A DNA stretch of 64,000 bases. It comes from Gemmatimonadales bacterium. Lineage in GTDB: Bacteria; Gemmatimonadota; Gemmatimonadetes; Gemmatimonadales; GWC2-71-9. Below the pieces are notes generated by a model. That model saw only the letters and a program-made list of their open reading frames with translations. It was not told the origin of the DNA and ran no database searches. The position numbers and the translations under genes were made by a program. The stretch's first letter is position 1. Each line of letters opens with the position of its first letter. Positions 8,592 through 17,074 of this stretch are shown here, piece after piece. The stretch covers positions 64,001-128,000 of the forward strand of contig JBBCJC010000001.1 in the NCBI GenBank assembly GCA_037189525.1, given 5' to 3'.

Positions 8592-10169
8592 ATGCGTAGA
8601 GGATCACGAGCGGGAGCCTGGCTGGGAGCGATCATCTGCAGTCTGGCGGTTGCCATTCCGGCGGGAGCGCAACGGACCGGCAACAGCGCGGCAGGCCCCG
8701 CGAAAATCCTGTCGGCCGCCCAACTCAAGGCGCTGGACGCCCACATCGACCAGGTCCGGCAGCAGTGGGAGGTGCCCGGCCTGGCCATTGCCATCGTGCA
8801 GGGAGACTCGGTCGTCTTTGCCAAGGGCTACGGCGTCAAAGAACTCGGCAAGGCCGATCGGGTGGACGAGCGCACCCTCTTTTCGATCGGGTCGAGCGGC
8901 AAGTCGATGACCGCCGCGGCCACCGCCATGCTGGTGGACGAAGGCAAGATGCAGTTCGACGCTCCGGTCTGGACCTATCTGCCCGATTTCCGGGTCGCCG
9001 ATCCGTACGTGAGCAAGTACGCGACGATTCGCGATTTGCTGGCGCACCGCACCGGCGTCGAAAATTCCATCGGCGCGTGGTACGGCTCCGAACTGACGCG
9101 GGCACAGGTCATCGGGCAACGATTCCGGTTCCTCAAGCAGGAGTACGAGTTCCGGAGCCGGATGCTCTACAACAACCTGATGCTGATGGCGGCGGGAGAA
9201 GCGGCCGCGGCAACGGCCGGGCTCTCGTTCGAGGACCTGCTCGATCAACGGCTCTTCAAGCCGCTCGGAATGACGTCGACCGTGGTGAGCATCGTGCAGG
9301 TCCAACCGGGCGTCAACATCGTCGCACCGCACCTGCGCATCGACGGCAAGCTGGTGCCGGCCCCGCATCGGAACACCCAGAACATCGGCGGGGCAGGCGG
9401 CTACTACTCCAACGCCCACGACATGGCGCAGTACCTCCGGTTCCAGTTGGGCAACGGCGTCTACCGCGGCAAGCGCCTGATTTCGGAATCGTCGATGGCG
9501 GAGATGCGCACCGTCAGCATTCCCGGCCGCGCGCCGGTCGTCCTGTCCGACAGCGGCTCGACTTCACTCGGCTACGGCATGGGATGGTTTCTCGAGTACT
9601 ATCGCGGCTACCGCTCGATCGATCATGGCGGAGCCATCGACGGCATGCTGACCGCCATGACGGTGCTGCCCGAAGCGCAGATCGGTGTCGTGGTGCTGAC
9701 CAACCGGGACGGACACGCGATGCACACCGCCCTGGTCCAGCGCATCTTCGACGTCGCACTGGGCCTGCCGGAGCGCGACTGGAACGGCATCGCCTTCGCG
9801 CGGGCTTCCCGCGGCCAGGGCGCACAGCAAGCGGTCACCGCCGCGGCGACGACGAACCCATCCCTCCCCTTGGAACAGTATGCCGGAGCCTACGCGGACT
9901 CGTTGAACGGACGGGTCCGGGTCTCGTTCGAGGCCGGTTCGCTCCGTCTCCTCTGGGAGAACCACCCCGGCTTCTCGGCTCGGCTAACGCCGCTTCGCTA
10001 CAATGCTTTCCGGATCGTCGACTGGGAAAGCGCCGGTGTGCTCGCGCCCCTGGCTTCCGTTGCGACGTTCCAGCTCGATCAGGCCGGGCGCCCCGCCAGT
10101 CTCGAGATCAGCAACCTGGGCACCTTTGGTGTCGTGCGCGAACGCGCCGGGCGAGCCGGCGCTCGATGA
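8592..10169 (+). CDS. Secreted serine hydrolase, beta-lactamase-related (AmpC/PBP-like) with DUF3471-like C-terminal domain
   Basis: Signal peptide (..AIPAGA-Q); SxxK in IGSSGKS, LLAHRTG, YNN, HGGAIDG; YAGAY C-terminal domain. Start moved to ATG 8592. Confidence 0.9.
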   Translation: MRRGSRAGAWLGAIICSLAVAIPAGAQRTGNSAAGPAKILSAAQLKALDAHIDQVRQQWEVPGLAIAIVQGDSVVFAKGYGVKELGKADRVDERTLFSIGSSGKSMTAAATAMLVDEGKMQFDAPVWTYLPDFRVADPYVSKYATIRDLLAHRTGVENSIGAWYGSELTRAQVIGQRFRFLKQEYEFRSRMLYNNLMLMAAGEAAAATAGLSFEDLLDQRLFKPLGMTSTVVSIVQVQPGVNIVAPHLRIDGKLVPAPHRNTQNIGGAGGYYSNAHDMAQYLRFQLGNGVYRGKRLISESSMAEMRTVSIPGRAPVVLSDSGSTSLGYGMGWFLEYYRGYRSIDHGGAIDGMLTAMTVLPEAQIGVVVLTNRDGHAMHTALVQRIFDVALGLPERDWNGIAFARASRGQGAQQAVTAAATTNPSLPLEQYAGAYADSLNGRVRVSFEAGSLRLLWENHPGFSARLTPLRYNAFRIVDWESAGVLAPLASVATFQLDQAGRPASLEISNLGTFGVVRERAGRAGAR

Positions 10170-10220
10170 CCTGAGGGCATCATGAAGTCGATCCACCAGC
10201 TGCCCACCTGGCGAACGTGG

Positions 10221-10664
10221 TCAGGCTGGTGGATCGTCCTCCAACTCCTCGTCGACCGACGCCGGCAACGCCCGCTCCGTGCCCCGCCGCGCCAGCGCGA
10301 GTGATCCACCGGCAGAGACGGCGCCGGCCAGACCAAACACCGCCGTCAGACCCAGGAAATCGCCCACCGATCCGGAAATGAGCGCCATCACGCCCGACAG
10401 CGCCATTCCACCCACGGCCCCCCACCCCGCGAACCTTGGCACCGACATCTGATCGAACCGGCGATGCCGCTCGACCAGAGCGAGGATACCGGAAAACGCC
10501 ACTCCGGCAATGAAGCCCAGGAAGCCGAAGAACAGGGGAAACGGCACGTCGGCGGCATCCAGGCCAACGATGGCCAGGAGGATCATTCCCGCCCCGAACC
10601 AGGCGCCGGCCCAGGCCAAACCGACCCCAACGGCGCCACGCAACCACTTCCCCCAAGTCCTCAC
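10221..10664 (-). CDS. Small integral membrane protein (about 4 TM), unknown function
   Basis: Gly/Ala-rich hydrophobic segments with a RRFDQMSVPRFAGWG loop; probable GTG start at 10664 after a purine-rich SD. Confidence 0.7.
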   Translation of the reverse strand: MRTWGKWLRGAVGVGLAWAGAWFGAGMILLAIVGLDAADVPFPLFFGFLGFIAGVAFSGILALVERHRRFDQMSVPRFAGWGAVGGMALSGVMALISGSVGDFLGLTAVFGLAGAVSAGGSLALARRGTERALPASVDEELEDDPPA

Positions 10665-10704
10665 GTCACCCCTTTCTCCGGCAGCCGGAGTGAAAAACAA
10701 CCTA

Positions 10705-10739
10705 CACTTTACACTACAAAGTGCTTGTTGTCACCGCAA
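10705..10739 (-). promoter_or_regulatory. Putative sigma70 promoter with inverted repeat around the -10
   Basis: Minus strand TTGCGG (10739-10734), 17 nt, TAGTGT (10716-10711). CACTTT-N7-AAAGTG palindrome (10705-10723) brackets the -10. Confidence 0.5.
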
Positions 10740-10832
10740 GGGGTTGGTGTGTCCTGCTTGCGCCGTGCAGCCTCGAGGAGCAGGTTTCCAAGATCCTGAC
10801 GTCAAAAACCGATGTCACCCCCGAGGCACACC

Positions 10833-11786
10833 ATGGCGAAGTACCGGAACGCGCTCCCCCAGCTCGGCGGAGCATTCTTCCTCACCGAGGGCGGACTCGA
10901 GACCACCTTGATCTTCCTCGAGGGCCAGGAGCTGCCGCTCTTTGCCGCGTTTCACCTGCTCACGACGCCTGCCGGCACCGCCGCGCTCCGCAAGTATTTC
11001 GCAAGCTACGCAGACATCGCCCGGCGCCACCGCACCGGCGTGATCCTGGAAACACCGACCTGGCGGGCCAACCCGGACTGGGGTGCGCAGCTCGGCTATA
11101 CCCGGGATGACCTCGCCGCCGCCAACCGGGCATCGGTTGCGCTGCTGGAGGAATTCCGGCGCGACTACGAAACCGACGAACACCCGGTCGTGATCAGCGG
11201 GTGCATCGGCCCACGCGGCGACGGCTACATCCCCGACAGCGCCATGTCGGCGCGCGAGGCGCAGGAGTACCACAGCGAGCAGATCGAAACGTTCGCCGAC
11301 ACCGCGGCCGACCTCGTGACCGGCATCACCATGAACTACGCCGAGGAAGCGATCGGCCTGGTCGAGGCCGCACGGGATGCGAAGCTGCCGGTCGTCGTGT
11401 CGCTCACGGTGGAGACGGATGGCACCCTGCCGACGGGCCAGCCGCTCGGTGAAGCGATCCGACAGATCGATACGGCGACCGGATCGTATTCGGCGTACTT
11501 CATGCTCAACTGCGCCCATCCGAGTCACTTCGCCGAAACCATCCGGGGCGACGAGCCATGGGCCGAGCGACTGCGCGGGCTCCGGGCCAACGCCTCGCGA
11601 ATGAGCCATGCCGAGTTGAACGAAGCCACCGAACTCGACGCAGGCGATCCGGTCACCCTGGCCGGTGAGTATGCGGCGCTACGTCGGGGCCAGCTCCGAA
11701 AACTCAATGTGATGGGCGGCTGCTGCGGCACCGATCATCGCCACGTCGAACAAATTGCGATTGCCTGCGGACCGGGGGCGGGCTGA
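10833..11786 (+). CDS. Homocysteine S-methyltransferase family protein
   Basis: LTEGGLET, IGPRGDGY, zinc ligands NCAHP and GGCCG; start at ATG 10833 after GAGG. Confidence 0.9.
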   Translation: MAKYRNALPQLGGAFFLTEGGLETTLIFLEGQELPLFAAFHLLTTPAGTAALRKYFASYADIARRHRTGVILETPTWRANPDWGAQLGYTRDDLAAANRASVALLEEFRRDYETDEHPVVISGCIGPRGDGYIPDSAMSAREAQEYHSEQIETFADTAADLVTGITMNYAEEAIGLVEAARDAKLPVVVSLTVETDGTLPTGQPLGEAIRQIDTATGSYSAYFMLNCAHPSHFAETIRGDEPWAERLRGLRANASRMSHAELNEATELDAGDPVTLAGEYAALRRGQLRKLNVMGGCCGTDHRHVEQIAIACGPGAG

Positions 11787-11804
11787 CTCGCGCCGGAGCA
11801 AACG

Positions 11805-13457
11805 ATGCGTACGCTACGTCTCGCCCTGATAGTGTTCCTGACCTGCACCGGATCGGTAGCTGCGCAGACGATTTCGGTTCGGGTACGGCACGAGTCCGGC
11901 CCGATACCAGGCGCCCTGGTTCGGGTGCTCGACCCAAATGGAACCGTCCGCACCAGATTGCTCGCCGACGAAAGTGGGCAAGCCCGATTCACGGTACCGA
12001 CCGGCACCTATACGATTCGAGTAGACGGCATCGGCTACGCGACACGCCTGCTCTCCCAGGTTGCGGTGACTTCCGGCCAGCCGCTGACGCTCGACGTGAC
12101 GCTCGAACGCAAGCCGTTCGTGATCGATGAGATCGCGGTCCGCGCCGATCGTTCGGGATGCCAGGTAGAGCCGAAAGCCGGCAGTGCCGCGGCCGAGATC
12201 TGGGGAGAAGCGCGCAAGAACCTCGAGCTGGTGCTGGCCGGCCGGCACCACCGTCCAACCCCGCTCCAGATCGTACGGTTTACCCGCAATCTGACCGAAC
12301 GGGAGGTGGTGACGCGTGAAGAGACCACCCGTAGCAGCGGTTACTTCGTTCAACCCTTCAGCGCAGCGAGCAGCGACCTGCTGTTGACCGACGGTTTCGT
12401 CCAGGTCCAGGACAACGAGACGGTCTACTTTGCCCCGGACGCCGCCCTCTTCCTGTCCGATGCGTTTGCCGCCGCGTACTGTTTCAAAGCGGTGCTGCCA
12501 CCCGCACCCAAGCGTGGCGAGGCACCCTCACCGCTGGTCGGGATCTGGTTCCAGCCGCAGCACGTAGAGCGGCCGAGCATCGAAGGCACGGTCTGGCTCG
12601 ACGCACGCACCGGCTATGTCACCTCGCTGACCTACAGCTACCTCGGTGTCCCGATGCCTCAGGATACCGAACGGCGCGCCGGCGGACGGCTGGCATTCCG
12701 CCGGGCGGCACACGGCCTGATCATCGTTGAAGAATGGGCCATCCGAATGCCCCGCCTTGCCACCATGATCGGCGCGAACGGGGCGAGCCGGCTCTCCCTG
12801 CGCGGGTTCGTCGAAGTCGGCGCCCGGATTTCCGAGCCGACCGACCGGGCCAGAGCCGGCGTCGTCATCATGGGGCAGCTGTTCGACTCCATCTCCGGCC
12901 AACCGCTCCGCAATGCGCAGGTGGCCATCGGCGACGGACCGGCCCAGACCAGCACCGACAGCGCCGGCCGATTCGTGATTCACGCCGAGGAGTCGGGCGA
13001 CTACGCGTTGCGCGTCCGGCATCCGCGGATCGAACTGCTGGGCCTGCCCGTTCTCGAACAGACCGTCACGGCCCGCGCGGGCGATACGACCCGGTTCTTT
13101 CCGCAGCTGCCGAACCGGCGCGCCGTCATTGCCGCCGCCTGCCCGGCAGCGGCGACTGACACGACGACCAGCCTGTTCGCGGGACGGATCGTGGACGCCG
13201 AAGGTATGAGCCGATCGGGAGTGCGGCTCGCGGCTCGCTGGCAGGAGCTGCGTAAGGCAGGTTCGGGCCTGGTGGTCGCCAATCAGGAAGCGCGGCTCGA
13301 ATCGGATGCGCTGGGCATCGTGCGACTCTGCGGACTCCCGACCAGCCGGCCGGCCGAGTTGTTCATGACGCAGCCGGACCGCAATGCGGCGCTGATCTTT
13401 CAGCTCCCGGCCGCGCGGCCCCGGCTGTCATTGATCGATCGGATCGCGACGCACTAA
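11805..13457 (+). CDS. Exported protein with carboxypeptidase-like regulatory (beta-sandwich) domains
   Basis: Signal peptide; repeated G.PI.GA.V..TD..G.F / GTYTIRV..IGY modules; central IEGTVWLDARTG segment. Confidence 0.75.
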   Translation: MRTLRLALIVFLTCTGSVAAQTISVRVRHESGPIPGALVRVLDPNGTVRTRLLADESGQARFTVPTGTYTIRVDGIGYATRLLSQVAVTSGQPLTLDVTLERKPFVIDEIAVRADRSGCQVEPKAGSAAAEIWGEARKNLELVLAGRHHRPTPLQIVRFTRNLTEREVVTREETTRSSGYFVQPFSAASSDLLLTDGFVQVQDNETVYFAPDAALFLSDAFAAAYCFKAVLPPAPKRGEAPSPLVGIWFQPQHVERPSIEGTVWLDARTGYVTSLTYSYLGVPMPQDTERRAGGRLAFRRAAHGLIIVEEWAIRMPRLATMIGANGASRLSLRGFVEVGARISEPTDRARAGVVIMGQLFDSISGQPLRNAQVAIGDGPAQTSTDSAGRFVIHAEESGDYALRVRHPRIELLGLPVLEQTVTARAGDTTRFFPQLPNRRAVIAAACPAAATDTTTSLFAGRIVDAEGMSRSGVRLAARWQELRKAGSGLVVANQEARLESDALGIVRLCGLPTSRPAELFMTQPDRNAALIFQLPAARPRLSLIDRIATH

Positions 13458-14098
13458 AGGAGTTTCGCCTCGATCGCGAAGCGGGCCAGCCCGGCCGCGC
13501 TCGGAATGCCGAGTTTGCGAATCAGGGTCTCCCGGTAGGACTCGACGGTCCGGACACTGAGACCCAGATCGGCCGCGATTTCTTTGTTGGTCTTTCCGCT
13601 GGCCACGCCGAGCAGCACATCCCGCTCCCGGCGAGTGAGCAGATTGAGCCGTTGCACCGCTGCGGCCAGGATCGGCGCCGCCGTTTCGACCGGCGCGTTC
13701 TGCTCGCCGGTTTCGAAGCAGGTCTGTCCCGAAGCCACCTTCCGAATCGCGGCCCGGAGGTCATCAGGCAGGCTGTCCTTGCGCAGATAGCCATGCGCAC
13801 CTGCCCGAATGCTTTCCAGCACGTACTCGGGATGGTCGTGGACACTCAGCATCAGGACCCGCACCTCCGGCAGACGAGCCCGTAGCCGCTCGACCGTCAC
13901 GATGCCGGAATCGCCGGGGAGGCTGATGTCCATGATCACGACATCGGGCTCGACCGCCGCGGCGCGTTCGATCCCCTCGGGACCGTTACCGCTTTCACCA
14001 ACCACATCGAAGCCAGGCACCGATAGGGCCTGGCGGATTCCTTCCCGCACCAGCGGGTGGTCGTCGACGATGACGACCCGTACCGTCTGCTCGCTCAT
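13454..14098 (-). CDS. NarL/FixJ-family response regulator (REC + LuxR HTH)
   Basis: IVDDHPLVREG, MDISLP, GYLRK; LTRRERDVL..GKTNKEIA..LGLSVRTVE. Confidence 0.95.
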   Translation of the reverse strand: MSEQTVRVVIVDDHPLVREGIRQALSVPGFDVVGESGNGPEGIERAAAVEPDVVIMDISLPGDSGIVTVERLRARLPEVRVLMLSVHDHPEYVLESIRAGAHGYLRKDSLPDDLRAAIRKVASGQTCFETGEQNAPVETAAPILAAAVQRLNLLTRRERDVLLGVASGKTNKEIAADLGLSVRTVESYRETLIRKLGIPSAAGLARFAIEAKLL

Positions 14099-15843
14099 GA
14101 CTCCCGTCCCATAGGCAACTCGGCCGCAACCGAGACACCGGATCCTACCTGCGATCGCAACACGACCGAACCGCCCAACGCAATGATCCGCTCCCGCATC
14201 CCGAAAAGCCCCGAACGGCCCGGGCCGCGCTGCAACCGTTCGAGATCGGTCGCCGAGAGGCCGATCCCGTCGTCGGCCACCCGGAGCGTGACAACCCGTT
14301 CCGTCACCTGGAGCGCCACCGTGATCCGGGTGGCATGCGCATGCCGCGCAACGTTCGACAAGGCCTCCTGCAGGGTCCTAAAGAGCGCCAGCTCCGCATC
14401 GGCAGACAACCCCCGGACCTCGGCGGGCGCCTCGAGCGTCACCGCGAGTCCACTCCATTCGCGGAAGTCGCTGATCAGGGCGCGCAACGCCGGCACCAGC
14501 CCGAGATCTTCGAGCACCGCGGGCCGAAGGTCGTCGGTCACGCTCCGGATGCTGCGGGTCCCGGCATCGACGAGTTGCACCAGCCGGTCGACCCGCGGCG
14601 ACAACTCCGCCGGGGCGCTCTCCCGAAAGGTACCGAGTTGCAGCTTGAGCGCGGAAAAGACCTGGGCCGTTTCGTCATGCAGCTCTCGGCCGAGCCGGCG
14701 GCGCTGCTCCTCGTGCTCGCTCAGCATCCGCACCGAGAGCCGTTCGAGATCGGCGGTCCGCTGCTCCAGCCGGACCGACAGTTCCGACCGCTCCAGCGCG
14801 GAACCGATCTGCTCGCCGATCGCCTCGAGCAAACTGTCGTCGAGCGCAGCAAACGATGCGGCCAGGTCGCCCGAAATCACCAGGACCCGATTACCCTCCG
14901 CGGTGCCGCCCAGACGGAGCACGCCGGTAAACGACGGCATGCCCGTCGTCTCGTCCGGATCGCCGTCGAGACGCGACCTTCCGGCCGCCATGGCCTGGGC
15001 GACCACGGCGCGCACCGGCGCCGGAATGCCGGTAGTCCCCCAGTCGCGACAGATACCAACCCCGCGATCGAACACCGGGCCGTCGGGACCGACATCGAGC
15101 AACGCCGCGCCGTGAACACCCCGGAGCGCCAGCGGCCGCGCCAGCAGCGCAGCGCGGGAATCCTCGAGTCCCTCACGGCGAAGATCCCCGGACAACGCCA
15201 CCAGCGTGCCGAGTCCTTCCCGCAGTTCTTCGAGGATGAGGAGCATGATTCCGGCGCCGGTCGCGAGCACGAACACGGTATCGAGCATGTAGCCCCACGG
15301 GCTCCAGGCGCCGCGGGCACGCAGGATCGGATAGTCGAGGTGATGGAGGCCCCACAACAACAGTGTGACCGCCAGGAAACCCGCGGCGGCCGAGCCGGTC
15401 CGCTTGCGGTAGCGCCAGAAGACGACACCGGTCCATCCCGTCGTGAGCGCCAGGAAGCCGACCATCGGTCCGGCCGCCAGCGCGAAACTCTCCAGCACGA
15501 AGATCGCGAGGTAGGCCCACCCCACCGGAAAGGCGAGATAGCCGAGATACCACCATCGCCAGCGCCACCCCTGACGGGCAAAGACCAGCGCCGCATAGAG
15601 AAAGCCCAGCGCGGTCCAGCCGATGATGATCTGGTGCCAGTAGAGGAAACCGCGCGCTTCGGTAAAGATGAAGGTGACGATGGCAGCGGGCGCCAGGGAG
15701 TAGAGCCCGAACGCGATGGCCCACCAGAAGAAGTGGATCTTCTGGTAGCGGCGATAGAGGTAGGCGAAGAACCCCGCCAGCCCCGCCAGTACCGCCGTCT
15801 GGAAAATGGCCGCCGACAGCTCGGCGAGCTGGAAATCCGGCAT
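14095..15843 (-). CDS. Membrane sensor histidine kinase (multi-TM input, GAF-like, HisKA_3, HATPase)
   Basis: About 7 N-terminal TM helices; EEQRRRLGRELHDETAQ; QEALSNVARHA, DDGIG, GLFGMRER; 4-nt overlap with the response regulator. Confidence 0.93.
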   Translation of the reverse strand: MPDFQLAELSAAIFQTAVLAGLAGFFAYLYRRYQKIHFFWWAIAFGLYSLAPAAIVTFIFTEARGFLYWHQIIIGWTALGFLYAALVFARQGWRWRWWYLGYLAFPVGWAYLAIFVLESFALAAGPMVGFLALTTGWTGVVFWRYRKRTGSAAAGFLAVTLLLWGLHHLDYPILRARGAWSPWGYMLDTVFVLATGAGIMLLILEELREGLGTLVALSGDLRREGLEDSRAALLARPLALRGVHGAALLDVGPDGPVFDRGVGICRDWGTTGIPAPVRAVVAQAMAAGRSRLDGDPDETTGMPSFTGVLRLGGTAEGNRVLVISGDLAASFAALDDSLLEAIGEQIGSALERSELSVRLEQRTADLERLSVRMLSEHEEQRRRLGRELHDETAQVFSALKLQLGTFRESAPAELSPRVDRLVQLVDAGTRSIRSVTDDLRPAVLEDLGLVPALRALISDFREWSGLAVTLEAPAEVRGLSADAELALFRTLQEALSNVARHAHATRITVALQVTERVVTLRVADDGIGLSATDLERLQRGPGRSGLFGMRERIIALGGSVVLRSQVGSGVSVAAELPMGRES

Positions 15844-15888
15844 CGGGCCCAAGCAAACCGCGCCGGGGCCCGGGAGCAAGGTCTCGAA

Positions 15889-16671
15889 CTAGCGGCGGTC
15901 GCGGACCTTGGTGAGGTAGCGCTCGAAACAGCGGAGGGTCCAGCCGAAGCCGCCCGGGTCGCGGAGCACCTGCGGCACCTCGTTGGTGCAGCGCTTGAGC
16001 AGCCGGCGCAACGCCGACCCGGACGAGAACCCGAGCGACCGGGCAATCACGGCCACCGGCTCGGTCGTCTTTTCCAGCCGATACGCCGCCACCAGCGCCT
16101 TGCTCCACATCACCAGCGCGCTCACCGGGGGCAAGCCGACCCGCCGGAGCTGCGTACTGAGCGCCTTGGGCGTGAGACCGACGGAGCGGGCAATCACATC
16201 CGCCCGCGGCATGCTGGCCGCATGGTCGAGACAGTAGCGCACCACCGGAATGAACGGATAGGGCACCCGGCGGTGGAGCGCCTGATCGGTGAGTTGCTGA
16301 AAGGCGACATCACTCGCCCGGGTGATCGCGGAGAGGAGCCGCCGTTCGAGTTCGGTGTCATCCCGAAAGACGACGCTCGAAATACCGGCGGTCGCGAGCG
16401 CGCCCAGGTACTCGCCTGCGGCAGCGCGATCACACCAGAGAATGGCCGGCAAATCCGGACGGCGGGTCCGGATTCGCGCCACGGCCGCGACCGTCGATAC
16501 GCCCGCCCGGTCGGTCAGGTCGACCACGATAGCCAGCGCCTCCCGCGCCGCCGACCGCGCGATCAACTCGTCGAGATCATCGCACCAGACGACGTCACCA
16601 AACGCCTGGCAGGCTTCGGCAAAGCGAGGACGAAGCGCCACTTCGCTCAACTGCACCAGGATGTGATGCAT
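15889..16671 (-). CDS. AraC-type HTH regulator with atypical receiver-like N-terminal domain
   Basis: C-terminal double HTH (IARSVGLTPKALSTQL; IARSLGFSSGSALRRLLKR); N-terminal alpha/beta domain with AIVVD. Start uncertain (16671 or 16770). Confidence 0.8.
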   Translation of the reverse strand: MHHILVQLSEVALRPRFAEACQAFGDVVWCDDLDELIARSAAREALAIVVDLTDRAGVSTVAAVARIRTRRPDLPAILWCDRAAAGEYLGALATAGISSVVFRDDTELERRLLSAITRASDVAFQQLTDQALHRRVPYPFIPVVRYCLDHAASMPRADVIARSVGLTPKALSTQLRRVGLPPVSALVMWSKALVAAYRLEKTTEPVAVIARSLGFSSGSALRRLLKRCTNEVPQVLRDPGGFGWTLRCFERYLTKVRDRR

Positions 16672-16842
16672 CGTCGCGAGCCCGCGGGCATCGAGCGCCC
16701 GAGGTCCCTGCACCGTGCGCCCGCCTTCGCCTCCGGACGGAGTAAGCCATGCCGCAACCGAGACTGTCATGGAACTGCAACCTTCGGCATGACCCGATCC
16801 TTGGTGGACGACCACCGCTTGCGTTTTGCCGCAACCACATCG

Positions 16843-17003
16843 AGGTGCCCCGAAAGCACCTGTGAGGCCTAAACCCAAGGCGCAGCAGAGCCTGCCCCGC
16901 GTCGCCGAGGTACCCCGTGCCGTTCAAGGAGCAAGCGGCACGCCAGCACTGGCTGGGGTCAGGTGTGCACAACTCTGCAGTTGGCGGGCTCTGTTCCGTG
17001 CCT
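16843..17003 (+). ncRNA. Candidate structured RNA, unassigned family
   Basis: Outer helix AGGCGC-AG-CAGAGCCTGCC (16878-16896) pairs with GGCGGGCTCTG-TT-cc-GTGCCT (16983-17003). It encloses CGTGCCGTT/AGCGGCACG, ACCCC/GGGGT and CCAG/CTGG stems. The G-U pairs work only on the + strand. A 5' hairpin AGGTGC/GCACCT lies at 16843-16861. Confidence 0.45.
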
Positions 17004-17074
17004 AACGAGGGGGAGACGCCGATCGGTCGCCCGATCCGCACGACCGGAATTCGGTCGACCGGCTGTGGCTGAAA

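Noticed and set aside
14335..16872. 845-aa + strand ORF, and similar long antisense ORFs (424-1758, 19544-21220, 43677-45623, 47929-49593, 55605-58592)
   Set aside because: Shadow frames opposite well-supported genes; no recognisable motifs; expected in high-GC DNA with few stop codons.
16750..16880. GGCCTAAACC, GAAA loop and GGCAAAACGCAA fragments reminiscent of a c-di-GMP-I riboswitch
   Set aside because: The fragments lie on different strands and not in the GEMM order; the P2/P3 architecture cannot be built.
16936..16966. Minus-strand ACCTGACCCCAGCCAGTGCTGGCGT resembling the 3' half of a TPP riboswitch
   Set aside because: No CUGAGA element, no AGG to close P4, wrong spacing, and no thiamine gene downstream.
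16886..16993. Possible SRP RNA or tRNA-Sec (GTGTGC..GCAGTTGGC end; TTCAA loop)
   Set aside because: Lacks the CAGG-CCGGAAGG-AGCAGC helix-8 motif of SRP RNA, and lacks a T-loop GTTCGA and cloverleaf.
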